Source: Spirochaetota bacterium (GTDB lineage: Bacteria; Spirochaetota; UBA12135; COTS27; CBDBHE01). From it: a stretch of DNA of 64,000 nt. The notes beneath the pieces are model-generated. The model had not been told where the DNA came from and did not search any database. It was given only the letters and a program-made list of their open reading frames with translations. This document shows, one piece after another, positions 12,348 to 26,807 of this stretch; within the stretch, counting starts at the first letter, position 1, and every line of letters begins with the position of its first letter. The DNA is taken from assembly GCA_965205605.1 (NCBI GenBank), contig CBDBHE010000007.1, positions 160,001-224,000 on the forward strand. The letters run 5' to 3'. Position numbers and translations under genes: made by a program.

Positions 12348-13523
12348 ATGAAAAACACTCTCTCTTTTCATATACTTTCCTATCATATTATTACTTATGG
12401 GTGCCAGATGAATAAGAATGATTCCGAAAGAATGGCGGGACTTTTAGAAAATATTGGCTATAAAAAAGCCGTAGGTTTCGAAGTTGCAAATCTTGTGATT
12501 TTAAATACTTGTTCTATTAGAGATAAGGCAGAGAGAAGAATTATTGGGAAATTTCACGAATTAAATCATTTTAGAAAAGAAAAGAAAAAATCAATGAAAC
12601 TAGCGATCATGGGATGTATGCCTCAGCATGCTAAAAAAATGATTGTTGAAAAACTTGATTTTATTGACTATGTTGTAGGGGTTAATAACATGGAAATACT
12701 TCCCAATCTTTTAGCTGAAAACATCTCTTTAAAAAAACAGATCGATTTAATGAAGCCAAAGAGAAAAATAAAGGATGTTGAGAATTTTGAAACTATTTTA
12801 AATTCTCAAAAAAGAGAAGAAACTCACAAAGCATGGGTTTCGATTATGTTTGGGTGTGATAAAATGTGTACGTTTTGCATTGTTCCTTTTACTCGAGGAA
12901 GGGAAATTTCTAGAAAAAAAGAAAACATTTTTAAAGAAATTGAAAGCTTACAAGAAAAAGGCATTAAACAAGTGGTGCTTTTAGGTCAAAATGTAAACTC
13001 TTATGGAAAAACAACTTATTCAGATTATGATTTTTCTCACCTCTTAGAAGATATTGCCACTCAATTTTCATGGCTTACAAAAATTGATTTTCTAACTTCC
13101 TACCCAACTGATGTCACTGATCGCCTCATTGATGTGATTGCAAATTACGAAAATATTACTAGAAATATTCATTTTCCTCTCCAACATGGAGATAATGAAA
13201 TCTTAGAAGCAATGAAACGACATTATACTGTAGAAGCTTACAAAGAAAAAGTCCTTAGACTTAGAAAAAAAATCCCAGATGTCAAAATCGGGACCGATTT
13301 AATTGTTGGATTTCCAGGAGAAAAAGAAAGTCATTTTGAAAATATGTTAAAAACTTTACACGAAATCCAGTTTGATTTCGCTAACACCGCAGCCTACTCT
13401 AGTCGTCCAAGAACCCCTGCTTCACGCCTCAAATCCCATGTCTCTGGGCAAACAAAAAAAAAAAGACTCCTTTACCTAAATCATACCCTTCAAGAAATTT
13501 ATCGTCAAAAAAAAATAGCCTAA
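12348..13523 (+). CDS. miaB: tRNA i6A37 methylthiotransferase lacking the C-terminal TRAM domain
   Basis: TYGCQMNKNDSE, NTCSIRDKAE, CDKMCTFC, LLGQNVNSY, DLIVGFPGE; only 391 aa. Confidence 0.9.
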   Translation: MKNTLSFHILSYHIITYGCQMNKNDSERMAGLLENIGYKKAVGFEVANLVILNTCSIRDKAERRIIGKFHELNHFRKEKKKSMKLAIMGCMPQHAKKMIVEKLDFIDYVVGVNNMEILPNLLAENISLKKQIDLMKPKRKIKDVENFETILNSQKREETHKAWVSIMFGCDKMCTFCIVPFTRGREISRKKENIFKEIESLQEKGIKQVVLLGQNVNSYGKTTYSDYDFSHLLEDIATQFSWLTKIDFLTSYPTDVTDRLIDVIANYENITRNIHFPLQHGDNEILEAMKRHYTVEAYKEKVLRLRKKIPDVKIGTDLIVGFPGEKESHFENMLKTLHEIQFDFANTAAYSSRPRTPASRLKSHVSGQTKKKRLLYLNHTLQEIYRQKKIA

Positions 13524-13526
13524 ATA

Positions 13527-14519
13527 ATGAATGACCCCTCCAATCCCTCCAAACAAGGCTTGAGTTTCATTATCCCCTACCGAGCAAATGAAGTCCCTAA
13601 AAAGCTTATTCAAGCAATTGAAGAATATTTAATTGACTTCCCTTTTCCAAATGAAATCTTCCTTATCTCAGGCAACCACCCTCCTCTTCAAAGAAATAAA
13701 GCCATTAAAAAAAGCACCCTTTCCCATCTTTATTTCCTAGATAACGATTCTATTGTTAATAAAAAATCTTTAGATCTCATTTTAAAAGAAATTAAAAAAA
13801 ATAATTTTGATGTTTTAGGAGGCCCTTCGATACTCCCTAAAAAAGAAAAAAATAAATGGCAACATCTTCAAGATGCGATTTTATCAAATCCCTTCGCTGT
13901 AGGAAAAATCTCATGCCGATATCGACCTCGAGGCAAAAAAAAAAAATGCTTTAATGACCTTTCTCTTATCCTTTGCAATCTTGTTGTTAAAAAAAAAATA
14001 TTTAATGAAGTAGGTCTTTTTAATGAAAAACTTTACCCTAATGAGGAAAATGAATTTTTCAATCGGGTGATAAAAAAAAAAAAAAAAATTATTTATGACC
14101 CAAATCTCTTTGTTTTTAGAAATTACCGCCATACCTTTAAAGCATTTATTAAACAAATGCTTTTTTATGGAAGGGGGAGAGCAGAACAAATTAAAATTAA
14201 AAAACGTAGTTTTAAAATTGTTTTCTTAGCCCCTATTTTACTTACCACCATCATCATTTTTTTCCCCTTAGTTCTTTTTCTTTTTTTTATTAACGAAAAT
14301 GTCATTTTTTTCTTTCTTCCGTTCTTCCTAAGTTATTTCATCCTTCTCATCATTGCTTTTTTAGAAGCTACCATTAGAAAAAAAAAAAATTTTATTTTTT
14401 TTCCTATTATTTTTATTTGCTGTCATTTTTTTTATGGTTTTGGAATGATTAAAGGATTTTTAACAAAAAAATATTCTTACGAAAATAAAAAAATTCATTG
14501 GAAAATAACAAAAATTTAA
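13527..14519 (+). CDS. glycosyltransferase family 2 with C-terminal TM helices
   Basis: FIIP, FLDND (DxD), QMLFYGRGRA; hydrophobic C-terminus. Confidence 0.85.
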   Translation: MNDPSNPSKQGLSFIIPYRANEVPKKLIQAIEEYLIDFPFPNEIFLISGNHPPLQRNKAIKKSTLSHLYFLDNDSIVNKKSLDLILKEIKKNNFDVLGGPSILPKKEKNKWQHLQDAILSNPFAVGKISCRYRPRGKKKKCFNDLSLILCNLVVKKKIFNEVGLFNEKLYPNEENEFFNRVIKKKKKIIYDPNLFVFRNYRHTFKAFIKQMLFYGRGRAEQIKIKKRSFKIVFLAPILLTTIIIFFPLVLFLFFINENVIFFFLPFFLSYFILLIIAFLEATIRKKKNFIFFPIIFICCHFFYGFGMIKGFLTKKYSYENKKIHWKITKI

Positions 14520-14550
14520 AATAACATGGTTTTAAAGGATTATTATTAAA

Positions 14551-15612
14551 TTGTCATTAATCAATAAAATAGAGATGACTTCTACTTTGATCAAGTCTAA
14601 AATCACAAAAAAACCCTTCCCTTTTTTGGTCAATTGGGCCATTACAGGCAAGTGCAACCTTCGTTGCAAGCACTGTTACGGAGAATATGGTGAAAGTCAA
14701 ACAGATGAAATTTCTTTAGACATTATTAAAAAAACAATCATTCAACTAAAAAAAATGGGAACAAAAAGAATTAATATTGAAGGAGGAGAACCCCTTTTTA
14801 GAAAAGATGTCGAAGAAATCCTCTACACTTTAAAAGAGCAAAACATTGAATCAAGTCTTTGTACTAACGGCATCTATATTGAAAATCATATCAAGACATT
14901 AAAAGAATGTTGTGATTTAATTATTTTTTCAATGGACGGTCAAGAAAAATACCACGATGCTCTTAGAGGTAAGCACACTTTTAAAAAAACAATCGATGCT
15001 TTAAAGATTGCAAAAAAGCACCATATGCGTACTTTGCTCTTTACTTGCCTTATCGATGACAATATTGAAGATATCGATGCTTTAATTGAAATCGCTTATA
15101 AATACCAAACGTTTATCACTTTTAATATTGCTGTCTCCAAACTAACTAAAACAGGGACTCGAGAAGAGTTAAACAAGGTCCAAGACCAAAAATATAAAGA
15201 AGCGATTCAAAAAATTATTAATTACAAAAAAAAAGGAGCTCCTATTTATTATTCCCACACCAATCTCAAACAAGCTCTTAATTGGCCTACTTTTAAAAAA
15301 GAAACTTTTAATGAAGATGCTCTTTTTACGATTTCTAAAAAAGAAAAAAAAACCATGATTCCTTGTCAAGCAGGTAAAAAATGGATTTATATTGAATGTG
15401 ATGGCAACGTGTATCCTTGTTATCAGCTTGTTAAAACGATTCAAGTTAAAAACATTGCCAAAGATGGCATTGAAGAAGCTTTCAAACACCTTTCTAAAAT
15501 TAATTACTGCACACGTTGCTACAACCTTACTTTATCCGAACTCAACTTGCAAACAAACCTCAATTTAGAAAGTCTCAAAGAAGCCTTTTCTAACTATTTT
15601 ATTAAAAAGTAA
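14551..15612 (+). CDS. radical SAM protein with SPASM/twitch domain
   Basis: CNLRCKHC, GGEP, CQAG...DGNVYPC...CTRC. Confidence 0.9.
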   Translation: MSLINKIEMTSTLIKSKITKKPFPFLVNWAITGKCNLRCKHCYGEYGESQTDEISLDIIKKTIIQLKKMGTKRINIEGGEPLFRKDVEEILYTLKEQNIESSLCTNGIYIENHIKTLKECCDLIIFSMDGQEKYHDALRGKHTFKKTIDALKIAKKHHMRTLLFTCLIDDNIEDIDALIEIAYKYQTFITFNIAVSKLTKTGTREELNKVQDQKYKEAIQKIINYKKKGAPIYYSHTNLKQALNWPTFKKETFNEDALFTISKKEKKTMIPCQAGKKWIYIECDGNVYPCYQLVKTIQVKNIAKDGIEEAFKHLSKINYCTRCYNLTLSELNLQTNLNLESLKEAFSNYFIKK

Positions 15613-15626
15613 TTGCTTAATAAATA

Positions 15627-16961
15627 TTAAAGATTTTTCATGACCACTTTAATACTATCGACCATCACCATTTCAACGATTTCTAAATCTTTTGAAGTAA
15701 TATTGTAAGGAGGTAATAAATAAAGCGTATCTCCTAGAGGACGTAGCAAGACTCCTCTTTTTACAGCTTCTTGATAAACTAAATAACCTGCTCTTTTGCT
15801 TGGATCAATTGGTTGGTTTTCTCTCATTAAATCACAAGCCGCCATAAACCCTAAAGAACGAACCTTGCCAACACAATTTGTTTTAGATTGGACACTGAGT
15901 AAAACATTTCTTAAAAGCACTTCTCTTGCTTCAACTTTTTTAAACCAATTTTCTTCTTCATAAATTTTAAGACACTCTAAAGCCACCCTCGCCCCAAGAG
16001 CATGCCCACAAAAAGTATTAGAATGCATAAACGCTCTCTTCGTTTGATAATCATCATAAAAAGCATCAAAGACTTTTTTCGAAGCTAATACAGCACTAAA
16101 AGGAGACCACCCTGCTGTAAGTCCTTTCATAAGGCAAACAATATCTGCTTCAATACCAGCATGTTGACAAGCAAGCGCTTTTCCCGTCCTACCAAGTCCT
16201 GTCATAATCTCATCAGCAATTAAAAGGATTCCTTTTTTACAAGACCAATCTCTCAACTTTTTTAAAAACATCGGACTATAAATTTTCATCCCACCTGCAC
16301 CTTGCACAACCGGCTCGACGATAATAGCGGCTAAATTAGCTTGATTTTGATTTAGACGTTTTTCAATTTTTTCCCATTCTCTTTTAGGAATTTCTTTCCA
16401 TTTAGTATCAAACTTCCCTAAAAGATCATTAGAAATGGGAAGGCAAAGATTATTTTGACACAAAGATAAAAAAGGGTTTTTATAAAGACCTAAATCACTA
16501 ACACTATAACTTAAAATATTTTCTCCATGATAGGCATCTTTCAAATAAGCAAATTGCTTCCTTTTAACAAAGCCTAGCTGATACTGATATTGTAAACTCA
16601 TCTTAAGAGCAATTTCTATAGCCGTAGACCCATCTCCAGCAAAAAAAACTTTTTTAAAAGATTTTCCTAACGAAGTAAGGTGATAAGCTAATGACTCAAT
16701 TAAATCCGAAGTAGTATTGGCTAAAATAACATGTTCAAAAGATTTTGCTTGTTGAATAAGAACTTTTTTTAATCTAGGGTGTCCATGGCCCAAAGATTTA
16801 CACCACCAACTACTAATAATATCAATAATTTTTGTTCCATCGGCTAAAATAAGCTTAGAACCAATGGCTTTCTTAATTTTTAAAGGAGGGAAGGATTGAT
16901 AGTCCTTCATTTGAGAACAAGGATGCCAGACACAAGAAGACTGGTTTTTATGATTCATCAC
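15627..16961 (-). CDS. bioA: adenosylmethionine-8-amino-7-oxononanoate transaminase
   Basis: WHPCSQM, SSWW, EPVVQGAGGM, IADEIMTGLGRTG, KGLT, LRPLG. Confidence 0.95.
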   Translation of the reverse strand: MMNHKNQSSCVWHPCSQMKDYQSFPPLKIKKAIGSKLILADGTKIIDIISSWWCKSLGHGHPRLKKVLIQQAKSFEHVILANTTSDLIESLAYHLTSLGKSFKKVFFAGDGSTAIEIALKMSLQYQYQLGFVKRKQFAYLKDAYHGENILSYSVSDLGLYKNPFLSLCQNNLCLPISNDLLGKFDTKWKEIPKREWEKIEKRLNQNQANLAAIIVEPVVQGAGGMKIYSPMFLKKLRDWSCKKGILLIADEIMTGLGRTGKALACQHAGIEADIVCLMKGLTAGWSPFSAVLASKKVFDAFYDDYQTKRAFMHSNTFCGHALGARVALECLKIYEEENWFKKVEAREVLLRNVLLSVQSKTNCVGKVRSLGFMAACDLMRENQPIDPSKRAGYLVYQEAVKRGVLLRPLGDTLYLLPPYNITSKDLEIVEMVMVDSIKVVMKNL

Positions 16962-17014
16962 ATTATTTTTTTTAAAACTAGATTGATATTAAAAAAAAAT
17001 TATTAGAATAAACG

Positions 17015-17059
17015 AAAAAAAAGACCACTAAATAGTTTATCACTACTTAGTAGTCTTTT
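17015..17059 (-). terminator. intrinsic terminator downstream of flaA
   Basis: Minus strand AAAAGACTACTAAGTAGT-loop-ACTATTTAGTGGTCTTTTTTTT; both stem mismatches are G:U pairs in this orientation. Confidence 0.7.
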
Positions 17060-17122
17060 CTTTATATATATCTATCTAATTAGATGTATATTATTAGATT
17101 GATTAATTAAATATTTTTTAAA

Positions 17123-18046
17123 CTACTGACCACCTGCTGCACCTGCATTATTATTTTGCTGTGTTTTTTCGCCGTCTGCTTGATTCATTTTTCTAAGTTC
17201 AAGCTCTTTAAGTTCAGTACTTAAATCCAGACGCTTTTTTTCTTGATTTGCTTTAGTATCAAAAAGAGTTTTCTTAATTTCCCAAACAGCTTCATCATCA
17301 ATCTCTTCTTTTTTATCATCCATGACTGCTTTGTCATAATTAATCTTAATCCAACTAATATACGTAACAAAATCACCTGCATAATTCCCTCCATGACGAA
17401 ACACCGTAAACGAATCTATTTTTACAAGAGGATTTAATTTTAAATACTTTGGATACACCGCTAATGCTCTATCTCGAACATTTTCAAGATATGTTTGGTT
17501 GTTCCAAATAAGTTCTTTCCATCCATCATATCTTAAGTGACCCAAAAAATAAGTTGACTTTTCATTATGCTGATTTTTTAAATTGAGGTATATCGTATGT
17601 GGAAAATTTCGACCTTTCACATAAGACCTAATCGACTTAATCGTACCCACATTTTTTAAAACGCCTTTCTTTTCAAGCAAATCAGTTGCTGCAAAAGCTC
17701 TAATTTCAATCCCTGGGCTAATAACTGCATACGCATTATAATAACTATCAGGAAAGTTAATCCTAATCCCAAGAACTCTATTTTGAGCTCGTTTAGCAAG
17801 GAAAAGTCTATCATCTGCTGTTTCTCCTACTAAAACATTTTTTGCATAACTTAATTTTTTATTAAGAATAAAGTCAGCCGATGAATTTAACTTTACTTTC
17901 CATCGATCATTTCTTAACGGCTTCACTAAATCACCTTCTAGCTCAGCATCATCTCCCAAAGCATTAAAGTCTATCAAAGTTCCTTCAAAAGAAGAGAATA
18001 ACAATGTAGAAATCATTGCTAAACTTAAAATAGTTTTTATAAACAT
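17123..18046 (-). CDS. flaA: flagellar filament outer layer (sheath) protein
   Basis: Signal peptide, LIDF, VLGIRINFP, GVLKNVGTIKSI, GWKELIWNN, as in spirochete FlaA; AGGAG RBS. Confidence 0.9.
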   Translation of the reverse strand: MFIKTILSLAMISTLLFSSFEGTLIDFNALGDDAELEGDLVKPLRNDRWKVKLNSSADFILNKKLSYAKNVLVGETADDRLFLAKRAQNRVLGIRINFPDSYYNAYAVISPGIEIRAFAATDLLEKKGVLKNVGTIKSIRSYVKGRNFPHTIYLNLKNQHNEKSTYFLGHLRYDGWKELIWNNQTYLENVRDRALAVYPKYLKLNPLVKIDSFTVFRHGGNYAGDFVTYISWIKINYDKAVMDDKKEEIDDEAVWEIKKTLFDTKANQEKKRLDLSTELKELELRKMNQADGEKTQQNNNAGAAGGQ

Positions 18047-18159
18047 CCAACCACTCCTAAATTCTTAATGAAAATATAGATTTATTTACCTATATTATAT
18101 TTATTTTAAGTCATTTTATAACTATAAAAAATAGAAGTCAAGTTTTTAAATATCTTTTT

Positions 18160-18749
18160 TTAATTAATAAGTAAATTTTCTAAAAATAAAGACCTTTTAT
18201 AAGAATAAGCCCCTTTAATCTCAGAAATCACTTTTCCATTTACAAGAATTTGAATTTTTTTAATCTCTTGAAAACTATCTTTAACACTAAGCGAAAGACT
18301 ATTCATCAAGATTTGCTCTTCTTTAATGCTAAGCTTCAAAACGTCTTGATTAAAATTAACCACCAATAATTCTTTAAAAAGCACCACTTCAAGGCATCTT
18401 ACTTTTGCGACCTGATTCCGCCTAAGATGAAAACTCACTGGATCCAAAAGAATCGTATCAATGATTTTTTTAAGTTTATTCACTTTTGTTTCTTTTTTTT
18501 TTTGATTAAAAATTTTTTTCTCTGCTATCGAAGTCCCTGCTTTAGGATCAAAATAATAAATATTTGCTTCAAAATGAGTTAAAGGATAATTAATAAAAAC
18601 ATGTACTATTTTGAAAACAACAATAAAAACAAAACCATAGATTAAAAAATAAATCATTGGAGCACTCACTTTTCGTTTCATTAAAAGTACTTTAAGATGA
18701 AACGATAAAAACCAAACCTTATAGCGAGTATACAAAAAAAATTGACGCA

Positions 18750-18750
<1 letters not shown>
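18160..18750 (-). CDS. GerMN-domain membrane-anchored protein
   Basis: TM helix, IYYF, LVVNFN, IKKIQILVNG; the start may be downstream. Confidence 0.7.
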
Positions 18751-22501
<3,751 letters not shown>

Positions 22502-22709
22502 TTAACAAAATATCCAAAATATCCAAAATATCTATTGAATCTGTTTTAAAACCTTTCCCTTTAGAACTCTCAAGTGTAATATAAAATGAAGGATGATTTT
22601 TTAAAATAAAAAACCCAACAAAAAAAATCTAAGAAGGCTTCATCCTTTAGCAAAAAACCTAATCCAAAATTTGATTTTTTTATTAAAAAAAGTTACAATT
22701 TGCTTTTAT

Positions 22710-22782
22710 TCCCCGATAGCTCAGTTGGTAGAGTAGGTGGCTGTTAACCACTTTGTCGTAGGTTCGAATCCTACTCGGGGAG
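22710..22782 (+). tRNA. tRNA-Asn (GTT)
   Basis: TCCCCGA/TCGGGGA acceptor stem, D-arm AGCTCAGTTGGTAGAG, anticodon loop CT-GTT-AA, T-loop TTCGAAT; CCA not encoded. Confidence 0.96.
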
Positions 22783-22899
22783 CCTAATCTTTCCATAGAT
22801 AGAACTGCTCTATCAAGTACTTTACACCCTTGATTAAACAGGGGAAAAGTATAAACCACTTTAATTTTTAAATCATTTGATGTGATGCTCTTGATGAAA

Positions 22900-23255
22900 A
22901 ATTGTAAAAATGTTTTCCTGATTTTGCAGAACTTCCTATCATTTTAGTGCCGCACTTTCCACAGTAAATAAACCCACTTAATAAATAAGGGCTGACTATT
23001 TCGAGTAAAGCGCGAATGTTTCCAAATTAAAATGGCATCAAATGGCTTTTGTTTTTTCTTAGCATCAAAAATCATTTCTTGAAAAGCAAGACGATTCGCT
23101 GAGCGAGCACTTTCTGCTTTATCAATGAATTTTCTACAAATAGTAAATCCCTTTTGTTTAGCATAATTCCTAAGAGATTTTAACTGAACAGAAATCGATA
23201 AATCATTTTCAGCTTGTTTTTCAGAAGAAACTCGAGCATATAAAACAACTTTCAT
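22900..23255 (-). pseudogene. large serine recombinase remnant
   Basis: VLYARVSSEKQ catalytic motif; after SRFTRN an internal deletion joins, out of frame, to PYLLSGFIYCGKCGTKMIG (zinc ribbon). Confidence 0.88.
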
Positions 23256-23990
23256 TTAAGAAACTCTTTAAAAAAATAATTTTGAGAATCTTCTAACTTA
23301 AGAAGGATAAAAACATTGCTATTATGATAACAGTATTCTACTTTATAAACGATATTTTTTGATGATCCAAAAGTCGATGCGTGTATTTCTTCAGTAACTG
23401 TTTCTTTTTTTTTGATAACATTCGTCAATTAAGCTTCCATCTCTGATTTCCGTATTTGCCTTAATGAAATGAGAAAACAACTTAGAACAAGAGCAATATT
23501 TAACTTTTAAAAAATCTCTTGATTGATAGTATCTTGATTTTCGAAAAAATCAGATAAGAAAGACTCTTTTTCATTTTGATTAATTTCAAAAGAGTCTTCC
23601 CTTGATGCGTCTGAGCATATCGAATACAAGTTGCTTCAAAAGAAGCTTTATATTTCTCTGCCATTTTTTTAATAGATTCAAAATTGCTAGGAAAATCTTG
23701 AGAGCCTTCAACAAAAGATTTTAAGGGAAACAATGTCATTCGCTTTCGCTCTGGTCTAAAAATAAGAATCTCAGAAAGACGTATTTTATTTTCCCCTGGC
23801 AGTAAAATACATCACTCTTCAGATTCAAAAATTGAAGTTGTGTTTCCAAAAAAATCATCAAACTCAACTTCATAGCCAAAAAAATCAAGAACTTCAAGCT
23901 CATCAATATAAACTTCATTCTCTTTTCCCATATCTTTTAACAACTTGCGATCATAAACAAATGGCTTATGAATCGTTTCATAAATCATTT
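23256..23990 (-). pseudogene. ImmA/IrrE (DUF955)-like metallopeptidase remnant
   Basis: LFP...KYKASFEATCIRY; broken by stops and deletions; no HExxH visible. Confidence 0.6.
23392..23734. repeat. left arm of a long inverted repeat (partner 57573-57955)
   Basis: Near-identical to the reverse complement of 57573-57955, apart from a ~40-bp deletion and a few substitutions. Confidence 0.93.
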
Positions 23991-24121
23991 CAAGTGGTTA
24001 CATTTCACAACTGATGTGTAGCACAAGAAATCCTTCCCCTAGTTTGAGAAAAAGAATTTTAGAACTTTTTCCAGAAAATAAATTTGAAGACTTATTCTTT
24101 TTGAAAATAGAAGAAGAATAA
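23985..24121 (+). pseudogene. XRE/Cro HTH regulator C-terminal remnant
   Basis: Manual translation SSGYISQLMCSTRNPSPSLRKRILELFP...FEDLF; no start found. Confidence 0.55.
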
Positions 24122-24124
24122 AAG

Positions 24125-26240
24125 ATGTCTCTTGTCAAAAATTTTCAAGATAAAGAAAACAAACATTTAAATCAAGGGTTTAAGGTTTTGGCAAAGATTA
24201 TTATTCGAGAGTTGTCTCAAAAAAAACCATTAGAAGAAATACCCAAAAAAGAAAAATATGATTTTAATCTCGGACACTCAAAAAATAACAATGTAGAAAA
24301 TGATAAAAATAAATCTTTTTACATGCTTTCAGAAGAAAAATCAAACAAAGTCCATCCCGCACAAGACTTTATAGAAGAAACGATGAGTTTTGGTGTTTTA
24401 ATACAAGAAAATCCTTGTTTGATTACTTCAAGCCAAAAATTATTTTCATTTGAAAATACCAAAGAAAAAGAAGTAATTACCTTGAAACACTAAAACATCA
24501 ATCAATCGAAATTTTCTTCAAAAGGAATAAGTGCTTTTATAAAAGCAAATACACCCATAGATATTCCTCAGTTATACAGAGATATATTTAATTACGTGAA
24601 ATGTTTTATTCATTTTCTAAGTAAAAACTATTTGTATTTTATTTCTCTTTGGGTGATTGGGACGTATTTTTTCATGGTATTTCGTTACTACCCGTATGTG
24701 CGGCTCAATACAGAAAAAGGTTCGGGGAAAATACTTTTAATGAAAGCTCTTTCCAAAACAAATTATTATGGGGGTTCTAACCAAGGATTTATCACTGTAT
24801 TATACAAAGACATCTAAATGAAAATACAAGTTTACATCCTTTCAATTAGCTTATTTGCTTTAATATTTTCCTGTAAAAAAAATCCAACATCACCTATAAC
24901 ACCAAAATTAGGAAAAAACTATACTCTGCAAGAATTTATAGATGCCAGTCCACACTTAGTTATAGTTAGGAATGAATTATTAGCATGTGCGGCTGGAGGT
25001 CAATCCGGTATCCTAACAAATGACTCTATTTCTATTTTTTATTATCCGCTTCCTGGTGCGGAACAAGTACGTTATTTTGAAAGTTCCACAGTAGATATTA
25101 GCGAAAGTGATCTTTCATATTACCGGATTAAAGAGCTTCCAATTAAACCGATCTTTAACGGTAAACTGGAAAGAATGCCCAGAGGTTCAATTAGGGAGGA
25201 TATTTGGTCACTGGTCACCTATCAAATTGACAATAAACTTTATATTTGTGATCCTATTAGATTAAAATTAGCAACAAAACCAACGCAATTTGCGCCAGAA
25301 TTATTGAGTATAGACTTAACTATTCCTACCGAACCAGTATTCAGCTGGACGGATGGGGCTATTGCTGAAAATGTAATTTATTTTGAAGTTGTTTCGGATT
25401 TATCGGAAAATATTGTATCTGGAACATATACGACGGATAGGTTTTGGCAATTTTACAAACTATCAAATGTGACTATCAATATACATAATATAAGTCCAAA
25501 CCCTACACTAATGCCAAACCAGAATTACACATTTACCTTAATGGGTGTTAGTGAAGATAATTGGGTGAACCTAATCATAAGTACCAATTTCACCACCAAG
25601 AATGAGTAGAAATTAGTATAATAAAAGTCCCTCGACGTTCTTCAAAACCAAACTATTCGCATACCACTGCTTCGAAAAAAAGAAGGTGAAGTCATTTGTC
25701 GATACAAAGAAACTTCTAAAATCTTAGCCATACAACAAAACATCTGTGATCGTTTTTATCAGTTTGCTCTCCAGTATGCTGACGAAATTTCTCGTATTTA
25801 CCACAATGAAAATCTTTTATTGCAACATACCAATCATTGCTCAATGGCGAACTCGACATATGGAAACCTATCTTTACAATAGCTCACCTCATCGGTGAAA
25901 AAGCTAATAACAACAAACTCACAGTAACAATGCAACCCATTAGTAAAAAATCTATTGAAGAAAAACAAAAAGAAAATATTTCAAGAAATGATCAATGAAA
26001 ATGAGGTTCTTCCCTTAGAAGAAAAGCCTTTCTGGTTTTTTGATGCACAAGAGATTTTAAAATACTTTCAATCTACAGAAGAGTTTGAATGGATTCAAAA
26101 AACGAATGTACTCACCATAAGGCTTAAAAAAATTAAGATTTTTTCCGAGCAAAAGCACCTTGATGGAGAAAAAAAACGTGTTTATATATAGAATGAATTT
26201 TTTAGAATTCCAAGACCTTTGTGAAAGATTTAAAATATGA
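24125..26240 (+). pseudogene. mobile-element replication (primase/helicase-like P-loop) gene remnant, interrupted by a lipoprotein gene
   Basis: YPYVRLNTEKGSGK Walker A at ~24690-24730; sequence resumes after 25630 (DVLQNQTIRIPLLRKK...IWKPIFTIA); multiple stops. Confidence 0.55.
24818..25609 (+). CDS. hypothetical lipoprotein
   Basis: Intact 263-aa ORF, lipobox IFSC; less Lys/poly-A biased than its neighbours. Confidence 0.75.
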   Translation: MKIQVYILSISLFALIFSCKKNPTSPITPKLGKNYTLQEFIDASPHLVIVRNELLACAAGGQSGILTNDSISIFYYPLPGAEQVRYFESSTVDISESDLSYYRIKELPIKPIFNGKLERMPRGSIREDIWSLVTYQIDNKLYICDPIRLKLATKPTQFAPELLSIDLTIPTEPVFSWTDGAIAENVIYFEVVSDLSENIVSGTYTTDRFWQFYKLSNVTINIHNISPNPTLMPNQNYTFTLMGVSEDNWVNLIISTNFTTKNE

Positions 26241-26381
26241 AACTTAAAAATAATGCTTTTATTGTTTAGAAGTTTTAAATTTAGTCAAATAATAACTATA
26301 AATATAAACGTCAAAATGTGTTTTTTTTAATACTTCTTAGGATTAAAAACACAGTACTTAAGATTAATGTATTGGTAAGCA

Positions 26382-26807
26382 ATGAACCAAAAACAAAAGC
26401 GGTTTGCTAGGGAATACACAAAAGATTTTAATGCAACAAAGGCATCGACTAGAGCAGGCTATTGTAAAAGATCAACGAGTATACAAGGGAGTCGAATGTT
26501 AAGAAATAATAAGGTTTTAAAAGAAATCGATAAGCATGTTCAAGACTTAAAAAGTTTAAACAAAAAAGGAATAGCCAACACCTATAAAGAAATTGTCGAT
26601 TTGATTGAAGGGGCAAAAAAAGAAAATAATGTTCAACTCTTAATCCTTTCTCTTAAGATGAAAGTCGACATTGAGCTTAAATTAGAAAATTATCGAGTAA
26701 GGCTTTTACAAGCTGGGAAAACTTATCAAAATCCGATTCAAAAAATGATAGAAAAAATTTGCATGGAAAAGATTATAGCAGAATATTTTGAAAAGCATCT
26801 TTCTTAG
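26382..26807 (+). CDS. phage terminase small subunit
   Basis: KQKRFAREYTKDFNATKASTRAGY...GSRML...V motif typical of Terminase_2. Confidence 0.85.
   Translation: MNQKQKRFAREYTKDFNATKASTRAGYCKRSTSIQGSRMLRNNKVLKEIDKHVQDLKSLNKKGIANTYKEIVDLIEGAKKENNVQLLILSLKMKVDIELKLENYRVRLLQAGKTYQNPIQKMIEKICMEKIIAEYFEKHLS

Noticed and set aside
22507-22533. AAAATATCC short tandem repeat upstream of ligA
   Set aside because: Low-complexity, 2-3 copies, no functional evidence.
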